From positions 5,591 to 69,590 of the IMG/VR virus record IMGVR_UViG_3300042885_000725: a stretch of 64,000 bases of DNA. One strand, given 5' to 3'. The notes under the pieces were generated by a model. The model ran no database searches, was not told the DNA's origin, and saw nothing but the letters and a program-made list of their open reading frames with translations. Positions 38,295 through 48,228 of this stretch are shown here, one piece after another. The stretch's first letter is position 1. Every line of letters begins with the position of its first letter. The translations under genes and the position numbers were made by a program. The DNA is from a virus.

Positions 38295-39668
38295 ATGGCA
38301 CGTTGTAATTTATGTAATCAAAATAATAATCCTATAGTAACACCTCCTGTAGATTGTCCTACACCTATTAGGTGTGATGAGATAATGGATGCTTTGTGTG
38401 TATTATACACAGGAGACAAAATTAATCTTTGCCTTACTAATGAAGTTGTTATAAATAGATTAGACAACTTATCTGAAATACTACAAATATTAGTAGATAA
38501 AATATGTTCTTTAGAGCAAAAAAGTTTTGTGACTGTTGAGATAATGCATAATAATTCAGGAGCACCCTTTCCTACCTTGGTATCTCAAGTAACCGGAGGA
38601 GTAGGTCCTTACACATATCAGTGGAGAGCTGCTAATAATATAGGTTTTTCAGATAATGCTTTTATTAGTTCATCAACTGTAATGGGTGGTCATAGAGTAA
38701 TAGGTTCTAAAACTAATCCTTCTATAAATTTAGATTCTATAAACATTATGGGTATTGAGTCTAAATATTTTATGGATAACATAAAGCACTCATATGTAGA
38801 ACTTATTGTTACTGACTCATTAGGTAATAAAGGAAATGCATATTACAATTATACTTCATCTTGTTATGAAACAGTACCTGTAGCATCAACACCAAGACCT
38901 GCATTTTTAGGGGATAATCTTAGAACTAATACAGGTTATCCTGGAGCAACATGGAAATTTCCAACACTAGATTTTTGTGATCTTTATAGTAATATGACAA
39001 CATGTGATGATCTTAAAAATCTTTATTGTGTACCAGGTTATGAATGGGGATCGGATGTTGATACTCTATACAGAGGTGAGTATAATACATATCTACTGAG
39101 TTTAGATCAAAATTTTGGAGCAAGTCGCACTGGTACACCTGTTTCACAATTAATAGATTTAGAACCGCAAATAGATTCAATAAAGAATTTAACAAGCTTA
39201 TTGGGTTTTAGACCGGATGGTTTCATGACATTTTCAAATTTAGAATCTTGTCCTCAATGTAGTAAAGAAGCATGGACTGTTATTACATATAATGGAGATA
39301 CTCTATCTGAAATATTTCCTTCATTTACAAATCCCAATTGTGATTTTTATTGGATTGAACAAAGTGATGTGTTTCCTACTGTAGGTCAACCAGGACAACT
39401 TTTTAATAATACAAATTATCCAGGTGATACATATGCATGGAATCCTAGTGCAGATAGTTGGGATTTAGGTTTGGGTAGTTTGATTGTAGATAATTTTCTT
39501 TCTGATACAAATCAATTAGGTAATTTATTAACAAATGAATATAAAAGAAAGTTAAATGAATTTATGCAGGCTCATTTACCTTTAGTACAAGCTAATTTAT
39601 ACGCTCCTTTACACAGATGGAAATATGATGTTATAGACTATAATGCTTGTAATTGTGGTAGACAGTAA
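38295..39668 (+). CDS. Cys-rich structural protein, pair 2 large subunit
   Basis: CDEIMDALCVLYTG and GVGPYTYQW; paralog of 36278. Confidence 0.7.
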   Translation: MARCNLCNQNNNPIVTPPVDCPTPIRCDEIMDALCVLYTGDKINLCLTNEVVINRLDNLSEILQILVDKICSLEQKSFVTVEIMHNNSGAPFPTLVSQVTGGVGPYTYQWRAANNIGFSDNAFISSSTVMGGHRVIGSKTNPSINLDSINIMGIESKYFMDNIKHSYVELIVTDSLGNKGNAYYNYTSSCYETVPVASTPRPAFLGDNLRTNTGYPGATWKFPTLDFCDLYSNMTTCDDLKNLYCVPGYEWGSDVDTLYRGEYNTYLLSLDQNFGASRTGTPVSQLIDLEPQIDSIKNLTSLLGFRPDGFMTFSNLESCPQCSKEAWTVITYNGDTLSEIFPSFTNPNCDFYWIEQSDVFPTVGQPGQLFNNTNYPGDTYAWNPSADSWDLGLGSLIVDNFLSDTNQLGNLLTNEYKRKLNEFMQAHLPLVQANLYAPLHRWKYDVIDYNACNCGRQ

Positions 39669-39708
39669 TAAACTATAAAAAATTGAGCATAAAATTAAAT
39701 TAAGAATT

Positions 39709-40344
39709 ATGAGTTTTATAAAAAACATACAAGTTTGGAATAATCAAATACCTAGAGTGTGTAACTTTGATTATGAAGATTATACAACTTCCGGTTGGGT
39801 TGGTAACAATTGTAGAATCCGTACAGATCCTCAAGACAATTACAATAACTTATGTATAGAGGATACCGCTACTACAGCTAGAGCAACTAGAAATGCATAT
39901 GTAAGAGCATTAGATGAGTTATTTGATTCTATATATGAATTTTATTTTAATCAAGAAAACACAACCTATGGTATTGCTCGTTCTGAAAATAATATTTGTA
40001 TAACTCCTGCTAAAAGACAAGCTTTCTTAGATGCTTACTGGGGACCAACAGGCTTAAAGCAAAAACTTTGGGATGTACTTTTTATAAAACAACCGCAATT
40101 ATTTAATGCTATGACTCCAGCATGCAGTAATGAGAAATATAATGGAATACAAGAACGAACTGAATCTTGGAGAAGTGCATATGATGAGCCAAGTAGTCCT
40201 GTGACATATGAAATTGATTTTACTAATTATCAGACTATGAACTATTACATATTAGATGAGTACCAGTTAGCTTTTAAAAACTTAATGCAAGACGTAAAAA
40301 ATACTTTAATAAAATTAACTAATGCTCCTTTAACTATTAGTTAA
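39709..40344 (+). CDS. hypothetical protein, pair 2 small subunit
   Basis: Paralog of 37660 (IPRVCNFD, GxVGNN, ARAT..AY). Confidence 0.7.
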   Translation: MSFIKNIQVWNNQIPRVCNFDYEDYTTSGWVGNNCRIRTDPQDNYNNLCIEDTATTARATRNAYVRALDELFDSIYEFYFNQENTTYGIARSENNICITPAKRQAFLDAYWGPTGLKQKLWDVLFIKQPQLFNAMTPACSNEKYNGIQERTESWRSAYDEPSSPVTYEIDFTNYQTMNYYILDEYQLAFKNLMQDVKNTLIKLTNAPLTIS

Positions 40345-40398
40345 TCAAAATATTTAGTTAGTTGAAGTTTGTTGGTTTATTCTTACAACTACGGACAG

Positions 40399-40426
40399 AC
40401 CCCTGCACTTGTAGGGGTTTTGTTTT
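40399..40426 (+). terminator. Rho-independent terminator
   Basis: ACCCCTGC / GTAGGGGT stem plus T-rich tail. Confidence 0.8.
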
Positions 40427-40431
40427 ATAGC

Positions 40432-40439
40432 TATATTTG
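40432..40439 (+). promoter_or_regulatory. Bacteroidota -7 promoter element
   Basis: TATATTTG just after a terminator. Confidence 0.5.
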
Positions 40440-40468
40440 CTAATATAACTAATTTTTACTATATTATT

Positions 40469-41050
40469 ATGAGAGAGTTTAAGACACCTGATTTATCAGC
40501 ACCGAGATATAGACCTGAAGTATTTCATCTCTTAGACAAAGAGTTCTTTGATGGATTTAAAAAGAAGTATCCTAGATATGCTAAGTATGAAAACAGCATG
40601 TTAAAGAATATTGCAAAGACATTCAATAGAACTGTATATAACATGGTGGTTGATACTAGAGATGGTGTTCAACTACCTGATCAAATTGGATGGCTTTTTG
40701 TAGGAACATGTCAACAAAGTAAGAAAAGAAATGTTGACTTCTCTAAATCCAGACAGTATGGTGTAGAAGTAAGTAATAATAATTTTGCTACGGATGGAAA
40801 GTTAGCAAAGATATTTTTTACAAACTATGCACTAAAACATAAAATGAAAAATAGAGAGTACTGGGGTTTTGTTGCTTGTAGAGATTTTAAAAGACTAGTT
40901 GCTAAATCATATCCGGAAAACTGGAATATGTACAGAGTAGTAGAGAACAATAAAAAAATCAAAAAACTATATCAACAAATATACTATGCAGGTAAGGAAG
41001 CCTTACTTACACAAAATGCTCTTAAAACATATAATGAATTTGAATTATGA
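40469..41050 (+). CDS. IHF-like protein (crAss-like tail-block IHF homolog)
   Basis: I..TFN..V...V...DGVQLP..IG.L pattern; position before ring/muzzle genes. Confidence 0.55.
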   Translation: MREFKTPDLSAPRYRPEVFHLLDKEFFDGFKKKYPRYAKYENSMLKNIAKTFNRTVYNMVVDTRDGVQLPDQIGWLFVGTCQQSKKRNVDFSKSRQYGVEVSNNNFATDGKLAKIFFTNYALKHKMKNREYWGFVACRDFKRLVAKSYPENWNMYRVVENNKKIKKLYQQIYYAGKEALLTQNALKTYNEFEL

Positions 41051-41718
41051 CAACAGTTGGTGAAGCAATATCAAGAATGAGAAACACTCTTAAAGCAGTT
41101 AAAGAAGATCCATTCTTAACTGATAGAGTAATTTATTATTCTCTTATAAAGTATGGTCAAACATTACTTAAAAGAGAAGACAACCAATATAGACTTATGA
41201 AAATAAGTTCTATATTTTCTGTATTACCTTTTGTTGAGCTTATTGATGTAGATAAGATAGAGGCTGGTTGTACTGGAGTATATTCTGGATGTTACTTTAA
41301 AAGAACTAAAACTAAGATCCCATCTATACTCAATGGTATAATGGGACCTATTATACGTACTGTATCTTCAATAGATGGTAGTGAAGTTATGTTTAGAACA
41401 AATCCTAGTACTTGGATTTCTATAACTAAATCTACTACTTTTAAGTATAATAAAAGAAAATACTTTTGGTTCTTAAACGGTTATTTATATCTACCAAATA
41501 TAGATTGGGATGCTATCAGAATAGAGGCCATCTTTGATGGAGATATTACTGCTTACCAATGTGAACCAGAAGAACAGTGTAAACTTAAACAAGATCAACC
41601 ATTTCCATTTCCGGATTATTTATTTTCAGAAATAGAACAGTTTGCTTTAAAAGAATTAACCATGATTGCTCAGATGCCAGTTGATGGAAGTGATGACAGT
41701 CAAAATATTTTAAGATAA
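41047..41718 (+). CDS. putative tail ring protein
   Basis: Synteny; YFWFLNGYLYL...I.AIF..., FPFPDYL pattern. Confidence 0.6.
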   Translation: MTTVGEAISRMRNTLKAVKEDPFLTDRVIYYSLIKYGQTLLKREDNQYRLMKISSIFSVLPFVELIDVDKIEAGCTGVYSGCYFKRTKTKIPSILNGIMGPIIRTVSSIDGSEVMFRTNPSTWISITKSTTFKYNKRKYFWFLNGYLYLPNIDWDAIRIEAIFDGDITAYQCEPEEQCKLKQDQPFPFPDYLFSEIEQFALKELTMIAQMPVDGSDDSQNILR

Positions 41719-42770
41719 TGGATTTCAACTATACACTCCGCTACAGAACATTTGACCAATTAATGGAAGATGTTCAGATTGATCTTCCTAGCTTTGCTTT
41801 GGAGAATATGATTGAGCCACAACAGTTAATTAAACTAGCTAGAAAGATAAACTATGATCTTGGTCTTAGAATTAATCAAACTAAGGAAGTGGTACTAGAC
41901 ATATGTCATGGAAGAGTTAAGCTCCCAGATGACTTCTATGTGTGGAATTTTGGTATGTCTTGTCATGAAAGAACAGAGCATATTGGTTATGATGGTAAAG
42001 TTGGTGGAACTAATATACAAGAAGTACCATATGGTACAGTAAAGTATAAAGAGTTTCCTGGAGGTGTAGATAGTTGTGCTGTAGGAACGGTTAATTGCAG
42101 AACCTGTAATTCTAATCCTTGTAACCACACAGCAGCTTGTGGGTCTAATACACCTATTACAAATACAACTCCTGAGTATGATCCTGAGAATCCTTATGGA
42201 AATACATGTGTAGCCCCTAGAGTATTTATGAATTGTAAAGGAGAATCTTATGAGTTAATTCAAGTTGTACACTCAGGTCTTACAAGAAAATATAATGTGC
42301 TTGTTCAATTAAGAATGAAACCAAGTCAGAATATAGATTGTGAGTGTCCTAACTTATATCACAATGGTCCAGATGAAGGTTGGATTAAAGATGGATTTCT
42401 TTTTACTACTTTTCAAGATGGTCATGTGTATGTAAACTACCAAGGAGAACTACAAGATGAGAATGGAAATTTAATGGTTCCTGATCATCCAAGACTTAAT
42501 GATTACTATGAGTATGCTTTCAAGAAAAGAATTCTTGAAAACTTATATTTAAATGGTGAGGATGTAGCTCAAAGACTACAGGTTATCCTACCAGAGTTAA
42601 AAGATGCTAGAGTGAATGCATTAAGTTTGGTTAATACTCCAAACTTTAAAGAACTAGAACAGGTATGGTGGACAAACAGAAGAGCTCAGTATTCTAAATA
42701 CTATGATATGTTCAAAGCTCCTACTGTTGGAAACTACGCTAGATTGAATTATAATACTAAAGTTATTTAA
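41718..42770 (+). CDS. tail tubular/ring protein (P22 gp4-like) with Cys-rich insertion
   Basis: R..LPDDF..., DG.VYVNY.G...DE.G.LMVPD motifs; directly before the muzzle gene. Confidence 0.65.
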   Translation: MDFNYTLRYRTFDQLMEDVQIDLPSFALENMIEPQQLIKLARKINYDLGLRINQTKEVVLDICHGRVKLPDDFYVWNFGMSCHERTEHIGYDGKVGGTNIQEVPYGTVKYKEFPGGVDSCAVGTVNCRTCNSNPCNHTAACGSNTPITNTTPEYDPENPYGNTCVAPRVFMNCKGESYELIQVVHSGLTRKYNVLVQLRMKPSQNIDCECPNLYHNGPDEGWIKDGFLFTTFQDGHVYVNYQGELQDENGNLMVPDHPRLNDYYEYAFKKRILENLYLNGEDVAQRLQVILPELKDARVNALSLVNTPNFKELEQVWWTNRRAQYSKYYDMFKAPTVGNYARLNYNTKVI

Positions 42771-42771
42771 T

Positions 42772-45700
42772 ATGGCCGACATGCAAGATACTTCCCAAAA
42801 TATAACGGATAGTTTTATAAAGGGTCTAAATAAAGATTCAGATCCTTCTTATGTTACAGACGGTATGTGGACACATGCTGTCAATATGGTTAATAACTCT
42901 AAGACAGGTAAAGTAGGTTCTATATCAAATGAGGCTGCAAACTATTTATGTTTTAATACAGGTACATACATGCCTACTAATGTTACTGAAAAATTAGTAA
43001 TAGGTACAGTATATCTTTTTTCAGATAAATGGATAATTTTTACCGCAGGGCATAATTTAAATGGTCAACCAATCAGCTCTGAAATAGGTTTGTTTCAAGA
43101 AGAAACATGTTCTTATAAGCCTATTGTTATTGATGCTTGTTTAAATTTTGATAAAAGATATTTAATATCTGGTGTATCAAGATTAAAAGAAGATTGTACT
43201 TGGCAAGTGTATTGGTCTGACGGATTAAATCCTGATAGATATTTAAACATTGGAGATCCTCAAACTTGGCCGGGAGCAGATTATTCTTATATTACATCTA
43301 TTGGTGTAAGTGCAAATTACTACCAAGGACCAGGAGCAACTAAAATATTATGGCCAGGAGTACAATGGATAGAAAAATGTGATGTTGTTAATGATTGTAA
43401 CATATGCGTAAATACAAACAAATTAGATTGTGAGCACATAAGATTAGCAAGATTAATGACTACTCCTTGTTTAAACTTAACAAGGGGTCAACAAGGAGGT
43501 ACACTGGCTAACGGAACATATTTTGCTCTTATAGCATATACCATTAAGGGTCAGAAAGTAACTGATTACTTTGCACAAAGTAATTATCAGTTTATATATT
43601 CACCACAAGATCTTCAAGGATCTCTTACGTTAAATATATCAGCAGATAATAAAAACTTTGATGAGTTTCAATTAGTAATAGTAAAGTGTGTTAACCAACA
43701 AACTGTAGCACAGTTAATGGGTATCTATTCAACTAATACATCAACTATAAGTATTGATCAAATTGATAATGGAGGTAATATAACTATACCTCTTGAACAA
43801 TTACCATTACAAACTCCAGTATTTGAAACTTCTGATCAAATGGCAGAGGTTAATAATTATTTACTTAGAGTTGGTCCAAGAAGTAAGTTTGATTTTAATT
43901 ATCAACCTTTAGCTAACTTAATTAAAACTAAGTGGGCTTCTGTAGAATATCCTGGAGATTACTATATGAAAGGTGGTAATAAAACTAACTACATGAGAGA
44001 TGAAGTATATTCATTTTTCATTAGATGGATCTATAACACAGGAGACAAAACATCAACATACCATATTCCAGGAAGACCTCCTAGAGATTTTATTGTTCCT
44101 AATGTAGGTACAAAAGTAGAAGATGAGGATTTAATTGGTAATGTTAATTCATTATATGCTGATGATAAAGTATTTGAAGTATATAATACAGCTAGAATAG
44201 ATAACGCATCTACAGTTGTTGGTACTAAAACTGATGATGGAGGAGAAGTTATAGCAACAGGAGACATGGGTTATTGGCAATCAACTGAAAAGTATCCTGA
44301 TAATAGACCTGATATATGGAACCCATCAGCTCACTGTTGGACAGGTCAAGGTGCAACTATTAATCCAGAAGAATTTGATTTATGTGGTAAACATGTTAGA
44401 CATCATAAATTTCCTGAAGACTATACAACAGATAGTACTTCTGATAAAGTAACACACTTTAGAAGAAATGTTAATACTCAAGATAATGTTAATGATTATT
44501 TCATTAGATTAATGGGTGTATACTTTGAGAATATCACTTTACCAAAAGATAATGACGGTAATGATATACCAGGTATTGCAGGATATGAAATACTTAGAGG
44601 ATCAAGAGAAGGTAATAAAACTATTGTTGCTAAAGGTTTGGTAAACAACTTTAGAACCTATCAAGTTCCTGGTTCAGGTAATATGAGTACAACCGGTCTT
44701 TACCCTAATTATCCGTTTAATACTATACAACCTTTAAGTAATACTTTAGGAACAAATGTGGCTGGATATAATGATCCATTTATTAAAGCTGGTATAAGTT
44801 CATTATATAATCAAACTGTACCAGAAGATATCTTTAGTTTCCATTCACCGGATACTATGATGACTACACCATTTTTATCCACTACAGAATTTAAAACATA
44901 TGGTCCGTTATCAGGATATAGTATTCAAAATTTTAATACACCAACAGACCATCCTAAATTTAAATTACTATCTGATGTTGTAATCATACCTCTTGTATTA
45001 GCGGGTATTATTGAAGCTATCATATCCGCAATAGGTAAAAGAACTGATGTTTCACAAGGTCCTGCTTATCAAGATATGCATATTCCAGAAACTAAAACAG
45101 ATGAAGAACTTAGTGGTTCTGGTGGTGGCGGTGGTGCTTATAGTAATTTTCAAACTAGTGGTACTGGAAACATTAATACATATATGTCTGATATTAAGAT
45201 ATCAGGTAATACTATAGAAACAGTAGATAAACAAGTTACAATACCTTCGGCTGTATCAACTACTATTGGTACTTTTGATGGTTTAGTTAGTGGTTATAAG
45301 AATACTATAGGAACACTGGCTGATGCCATAGTAGGTGGAGGCCAATTAGAAGCAATTTATACAAATGGTGCAAAAAGTAATATATCAAACAATGGTAGTG
45401 TTTATACAGGACGAAGTCTAACTACAGAATGGTCAAGATCAAGTTATTTACCAACAGCTCTAAGTGTTTTTGCAAATGCTGGTTCACTTGCTTATTATTT
45501 TTCAGAAGGTGTTAGAGTAATGTTAAATATAATATATGCTGTAACTAGCTATAAGCAATTTGCATTACAACAAAAAGCATATGGTTTTTATTCCAATATG
45601 GAAAAAAATCCAACTACAGATACTACTAGATTTAAAATGGAAGATGGATTTTATTTAAGAGATAATATTCAATCTGTATCTAGGTATCAAGATAACACAG

Positions 45701-48228
45701 GTGTTTATAGATCATATAACATTAATAATTTAAAAAGATCACCTAAAGTAGTTATAAGAACTAAGAATGGTGCAAATCAAAATAAAGGTCCGAAGTTATT
45801 AACAGGTGATAAATCTTTGACAACATTAGGAACTTTACTACAAGCACAATCTAGTTTTGGATCAGTATTACCACCTGGAACTAATTTACCAGATTTTAAA
45901 TCAGATGTAAATAGAGCTTTTTCATTACCTATTCAAAGTCACTATGGTGCTATAAGAGGTAGAGTAAGAAACCAGTATGGTCAATTAGATTCTATTAAAC
46001 AATTACCAGTAGGAACATGTGAGCAAAAGCTTTCTAATTATACAATTAACCCTGTTGACTTGGTTTGTAACTCTGTAAATATTCATAAAAAAGTTATTTA
46101 TAGATCTCCTGTAATGTTTGGAGGTGATACTTATATAAACAGATACACTGAAAAAGATACAATGTGTTTCTTTTATGATTGGTTATATAATCAACCAGAT
46201 GGTTTTGAGTATAATTATTTTTTAAGAAGTATGATTCCAAATCCAAGATTTAGATTGAATAGTACTTTATATGATTCAAGTGACTTAGCAAGTATATTTA
46301 CAGATTTTGGAGGTTTTGTTTCAGGTGTTAATGCCGCACAAGGTACAGGTTATAAACCATCCCAATTTTATAATTTAGATTACTATGAAAATTCAAGCAA
46401 GAAATATAATTATAGTAATGATACAGCAGCTAACTATCCTGGATTTTTTGTATGTAAAGAATCATATTTTTATTTAGGTGTATCATCAATAAAAGACTTT
46501 TTTGTAGAGTCTGAAGTACTTGTAGATTTTAGAACACAACCTGAAGAAATAGCTAGAAAACATTATAATCCATATAACTTTACAGATTATAATGCTATGT
46601 TTGATACTAACCCAAATATATATGGGGTAAATAGTTACAATCAATATGACTATTCATTAAGTGTATCTAAGTTGTATAATCAATACTTCTCATTAGGTAG
46701 TATACAAAATAGATACTATGATCCTAATGTAGCTGACTTATGTTATACTTACTATCCTAATAGAATTATTTACTCATTGCCTCAACAAGATGAAGCAATA
46801 AAAGATAGCTGGTTTGTTTATTTAGTAAATAACTATAAAGCTTTTAAATCTCAAGTTAGTGGTGTTAAGTCAATAAACAAATCTGGTATTGTAATTACAT
46901 TTAAGAATGATAGTCCTGTAATGTATCAGGGTGTAGATACTCTTCAAACTGAATTAGGTACTAAGGTTACTTTAGGTGACGGAGGTTTATTTAGTCAAGC
47001 ACCACAGCAGTTAACTAATGCTGATAAAGCATATGAGTATGGTGCATCTCAAAATAGACTATCTGTAATATCTACACCGGTAGGTATATTTTACATGTCT
47101 CAAGCGGCTGGTAAAATATTCTCAATTGGTGAAGGTCTGCAAGAGATTTCTCAGCAAGGTATGAAATGGTGGTTCACTTTGTTCTTACCGTACAAATTAT
47201 TACAAGATTTTCCATTGTATCCTTATCAAGATAATCCTGTAGCAGGTATTGGATGTCAAGCAGTATTTGATAATACTAATACCATTCTGTATTTCTGTAA
47301 GAAAGATTATCAACTTAAAGATGCCTACAAAGGAAAAGTAACTTATATCCCACTTAAAGGAGATAATACGGGTGATTACTTTATGATAAATGGTAACATA
47401 ACTGCTAAGTTTAAATTAGGTGATCCAATGTTATTTAGAGATGCTTCTTGGACTGTAAGTTATGACCCTAAGAATCAGTTCTGGATTAGTTTCCATGACT
47501 GGCATCCAGATCTATTAATGCCTACAAAAGATGTATTTATATCTACAAAAGGTACTGGTGGATGGAGACATAATTGGATATGTGACAATTACTGTAATTA
47601 CTATGGTGTAGATTATGCATGTGAAATAGATATTCCAATTGTAACAGGTCAAGCTGTTACTACTACAAGATCAATTGAATATATTCTTGAAGCTTATAGA
47701 AAAACTGATAACTGTGTGGATTCATATCAAGTATTAGATTATAATTTTGATACTGCCGTAGTATATAACTCAGAACAAGTATCAGGTTATTTAAATCTTA
47801 ATATTTATCCTAAGAATGATCTTGTTCTAGCAAGACAGTTTCCAAGAGTTAGTCCTGCTACAGGAACTTCATTTGATATTTTATTTACAAAAGAAGAAAA
47901 TAAATATAGATTTAGTCAGTTCTGGGATATAACTAATAATAGAGGTGAGTTTCCAATTGGTTCTCAATACCCTATTACTCAAAATCAATATATACCCGGA
48001 ACTACAACTTTGATTGGTAATTATTCAAGTGAAAGCACATGGGTTACAGAACCTGATGGTTTCAGAAGAGTATTGAATCAAAATAATCTTGACTATTTAA
48101 AATCAGAATTTGAAAGAAAAAAATTCAGACATTACATGAGTTTTGTTAACTTCAAGAAAAATAAATCTGGTAAAACAAATATTATTTTGAAAATTAATAA
48201 TAGTAAAAATGAAATTTCTCTAAGATAA
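42772..48228 (+). CDS. tail stabilisation / muzzle protein (P22 gp10-like)
   Basis: 1818 aa; F.KGLNKD.D start, YMRDEVYSF.I, FGGDTYI.RY, WTVSYD....WISFH. Confidence 0.75.
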   Translation: MADMQDTSQNITDSFIKGLNKDSDPSYVTDGMWTHAVNMVNNSKTGKVGSISNEAANYLCFNTGTYMPTNVTEKLVIGTVYLFSDKWIIFTAGHNLNGQPISSEIGLFQEETCSYKPIVIDACLNFDKRYLISGVSRLKEDCTWQVYWSDGLNPDRYLNIGDPQTWPGADYSYITSIGVSANYYQGPGATKILWPGVQWIEKCDVVNDCNICVNTNKLDCEHIRLARLMTTPCLNLTRGQQGGTLANGTYFALIAYTIKGQKVTDYFAQSNYQFIYSPQDLQGSLTLNISADNKNFDEFQLVIVKCVNQQTVAQLMGIYSTNTSTISIDQIDNGGNITIPLEQLPLQTPVFETSDQMAEVNNYLLRVGPRSKFDFNYQPLANLIKTKWASVEYPGDYYMKGGNKTNYMRDEVYSFFIRWIYNTGDKTSTYHIPGRPPRDFIVPNVGTKVEDEDLIGNVNSLYADDKVFEVYNTARIDNASTVVGTKTDDGGEVIATGDMGYWQSTEKYPDNRPDIWNPSAHCWTGQGATINPEEFDLCGKHVRHHKFPEDYTTDSTSDKVTHFRRNVNTQDNVNDYFIRLMGVYFENITLPKDNDGNDIPGIAGYEILRGSREGNKTIVAKGLVNNFRTYQVPGSGNMSTTGLYPNYPFNTIQPLSNTLGTNVAGYNDPFIKAGISSLYNQTVPEDIFSFHSPDTMMTTPFLSTTEFKTYGPLSGYSIQNFNTPTDHPKFKLLSDVVIIPLVLAGIIEAIISAIGKRTDVSQGPAYQDMHIPETKTDEELSGSGGGGGAYSNFQTSGTGNINTYMSDIKISGNTIETVDKQVTIPSAVSTTIGTFDGLVSGYKNTIGTLADAIVGGGQLEAIYTNGAKSNISNNGSVYTGRSLTTEWSRSSYLPTALSVFANAGSLAYYFSEGVRVMLNIIYAVTSYKQFALQQKAYGFYSNMEKNPTTDTTRFKMEDGFYLRDNIQSVSRYQDNTGVYRSYNINNLKRSPKVVIRTKNGANQNKGPKLLTGDKSLTTLGTLLQAQSSFGSVLPPGTNLPDFKSDVNRAFSLPIQSHYGAIRGRVRNQYGQLDSIKQLPVGTCEQKLSNYTINPVDLVCNSVNIHKKVIYRSPVMFGGDTYINRYTEKDTMCFFYDWLYNQPDGFEYNYFLRSMIPNPRFRLNSTLYDSSDLASIFTDFGGFVSGVNAAQGTGYKPSQFYNLDYYENSSKKYNYSNDTAANYPGFFVCKESYFYLGVSSIKDFFVESEVLVDFRTQPEEIARKHYNPYNFTDYNAMFDTNPNIYGVNSYNQYDYSLSVSKLYNQYFSLGSIQNRYYDPNVADLCYTYYPNRIIYSLPQQDEAIKDSWFVYLVNNYKAFKSQVSGVKSINKSGIVITFKNDSPVMYQGVDTLQTELGTKVTLGDGGLFSQAPQQLTNADKAYEYGASQNRLSVISTPVGIFYMSQAAGKIFSIGEGLQEISQQGMKWWFTLFLPYKLLQDFPLYPYQDNPVAGIGCQAVFDNTNTILYFCKKDYQLKDAYKGKVTYIPLKGDNTGDYFMINGNITAKFKLGDPMLFRDASWTVSYDPKNQFWISFHDWHPDLLMPTKDVFISTKGTGGWRHNWICDNYCNYYGVDYACEIDIPIVTGQAVTTTRSIEYILEAYRKTDNCVDSYQVLDYNFDTAVVYNSEQVSGYLNLNIYPKNDLVLARQFPRVSPATGTSFDILFTKEENKYRFSQFWDITNNRGEFPIGSQYPITQNQYIPGTTTLIGNYSSESTWVTEPDGFRRVLNQNNLDYLKSEFERKKFRHYMSFVNFKKNKSGKTNIILKINNSKNEISLR

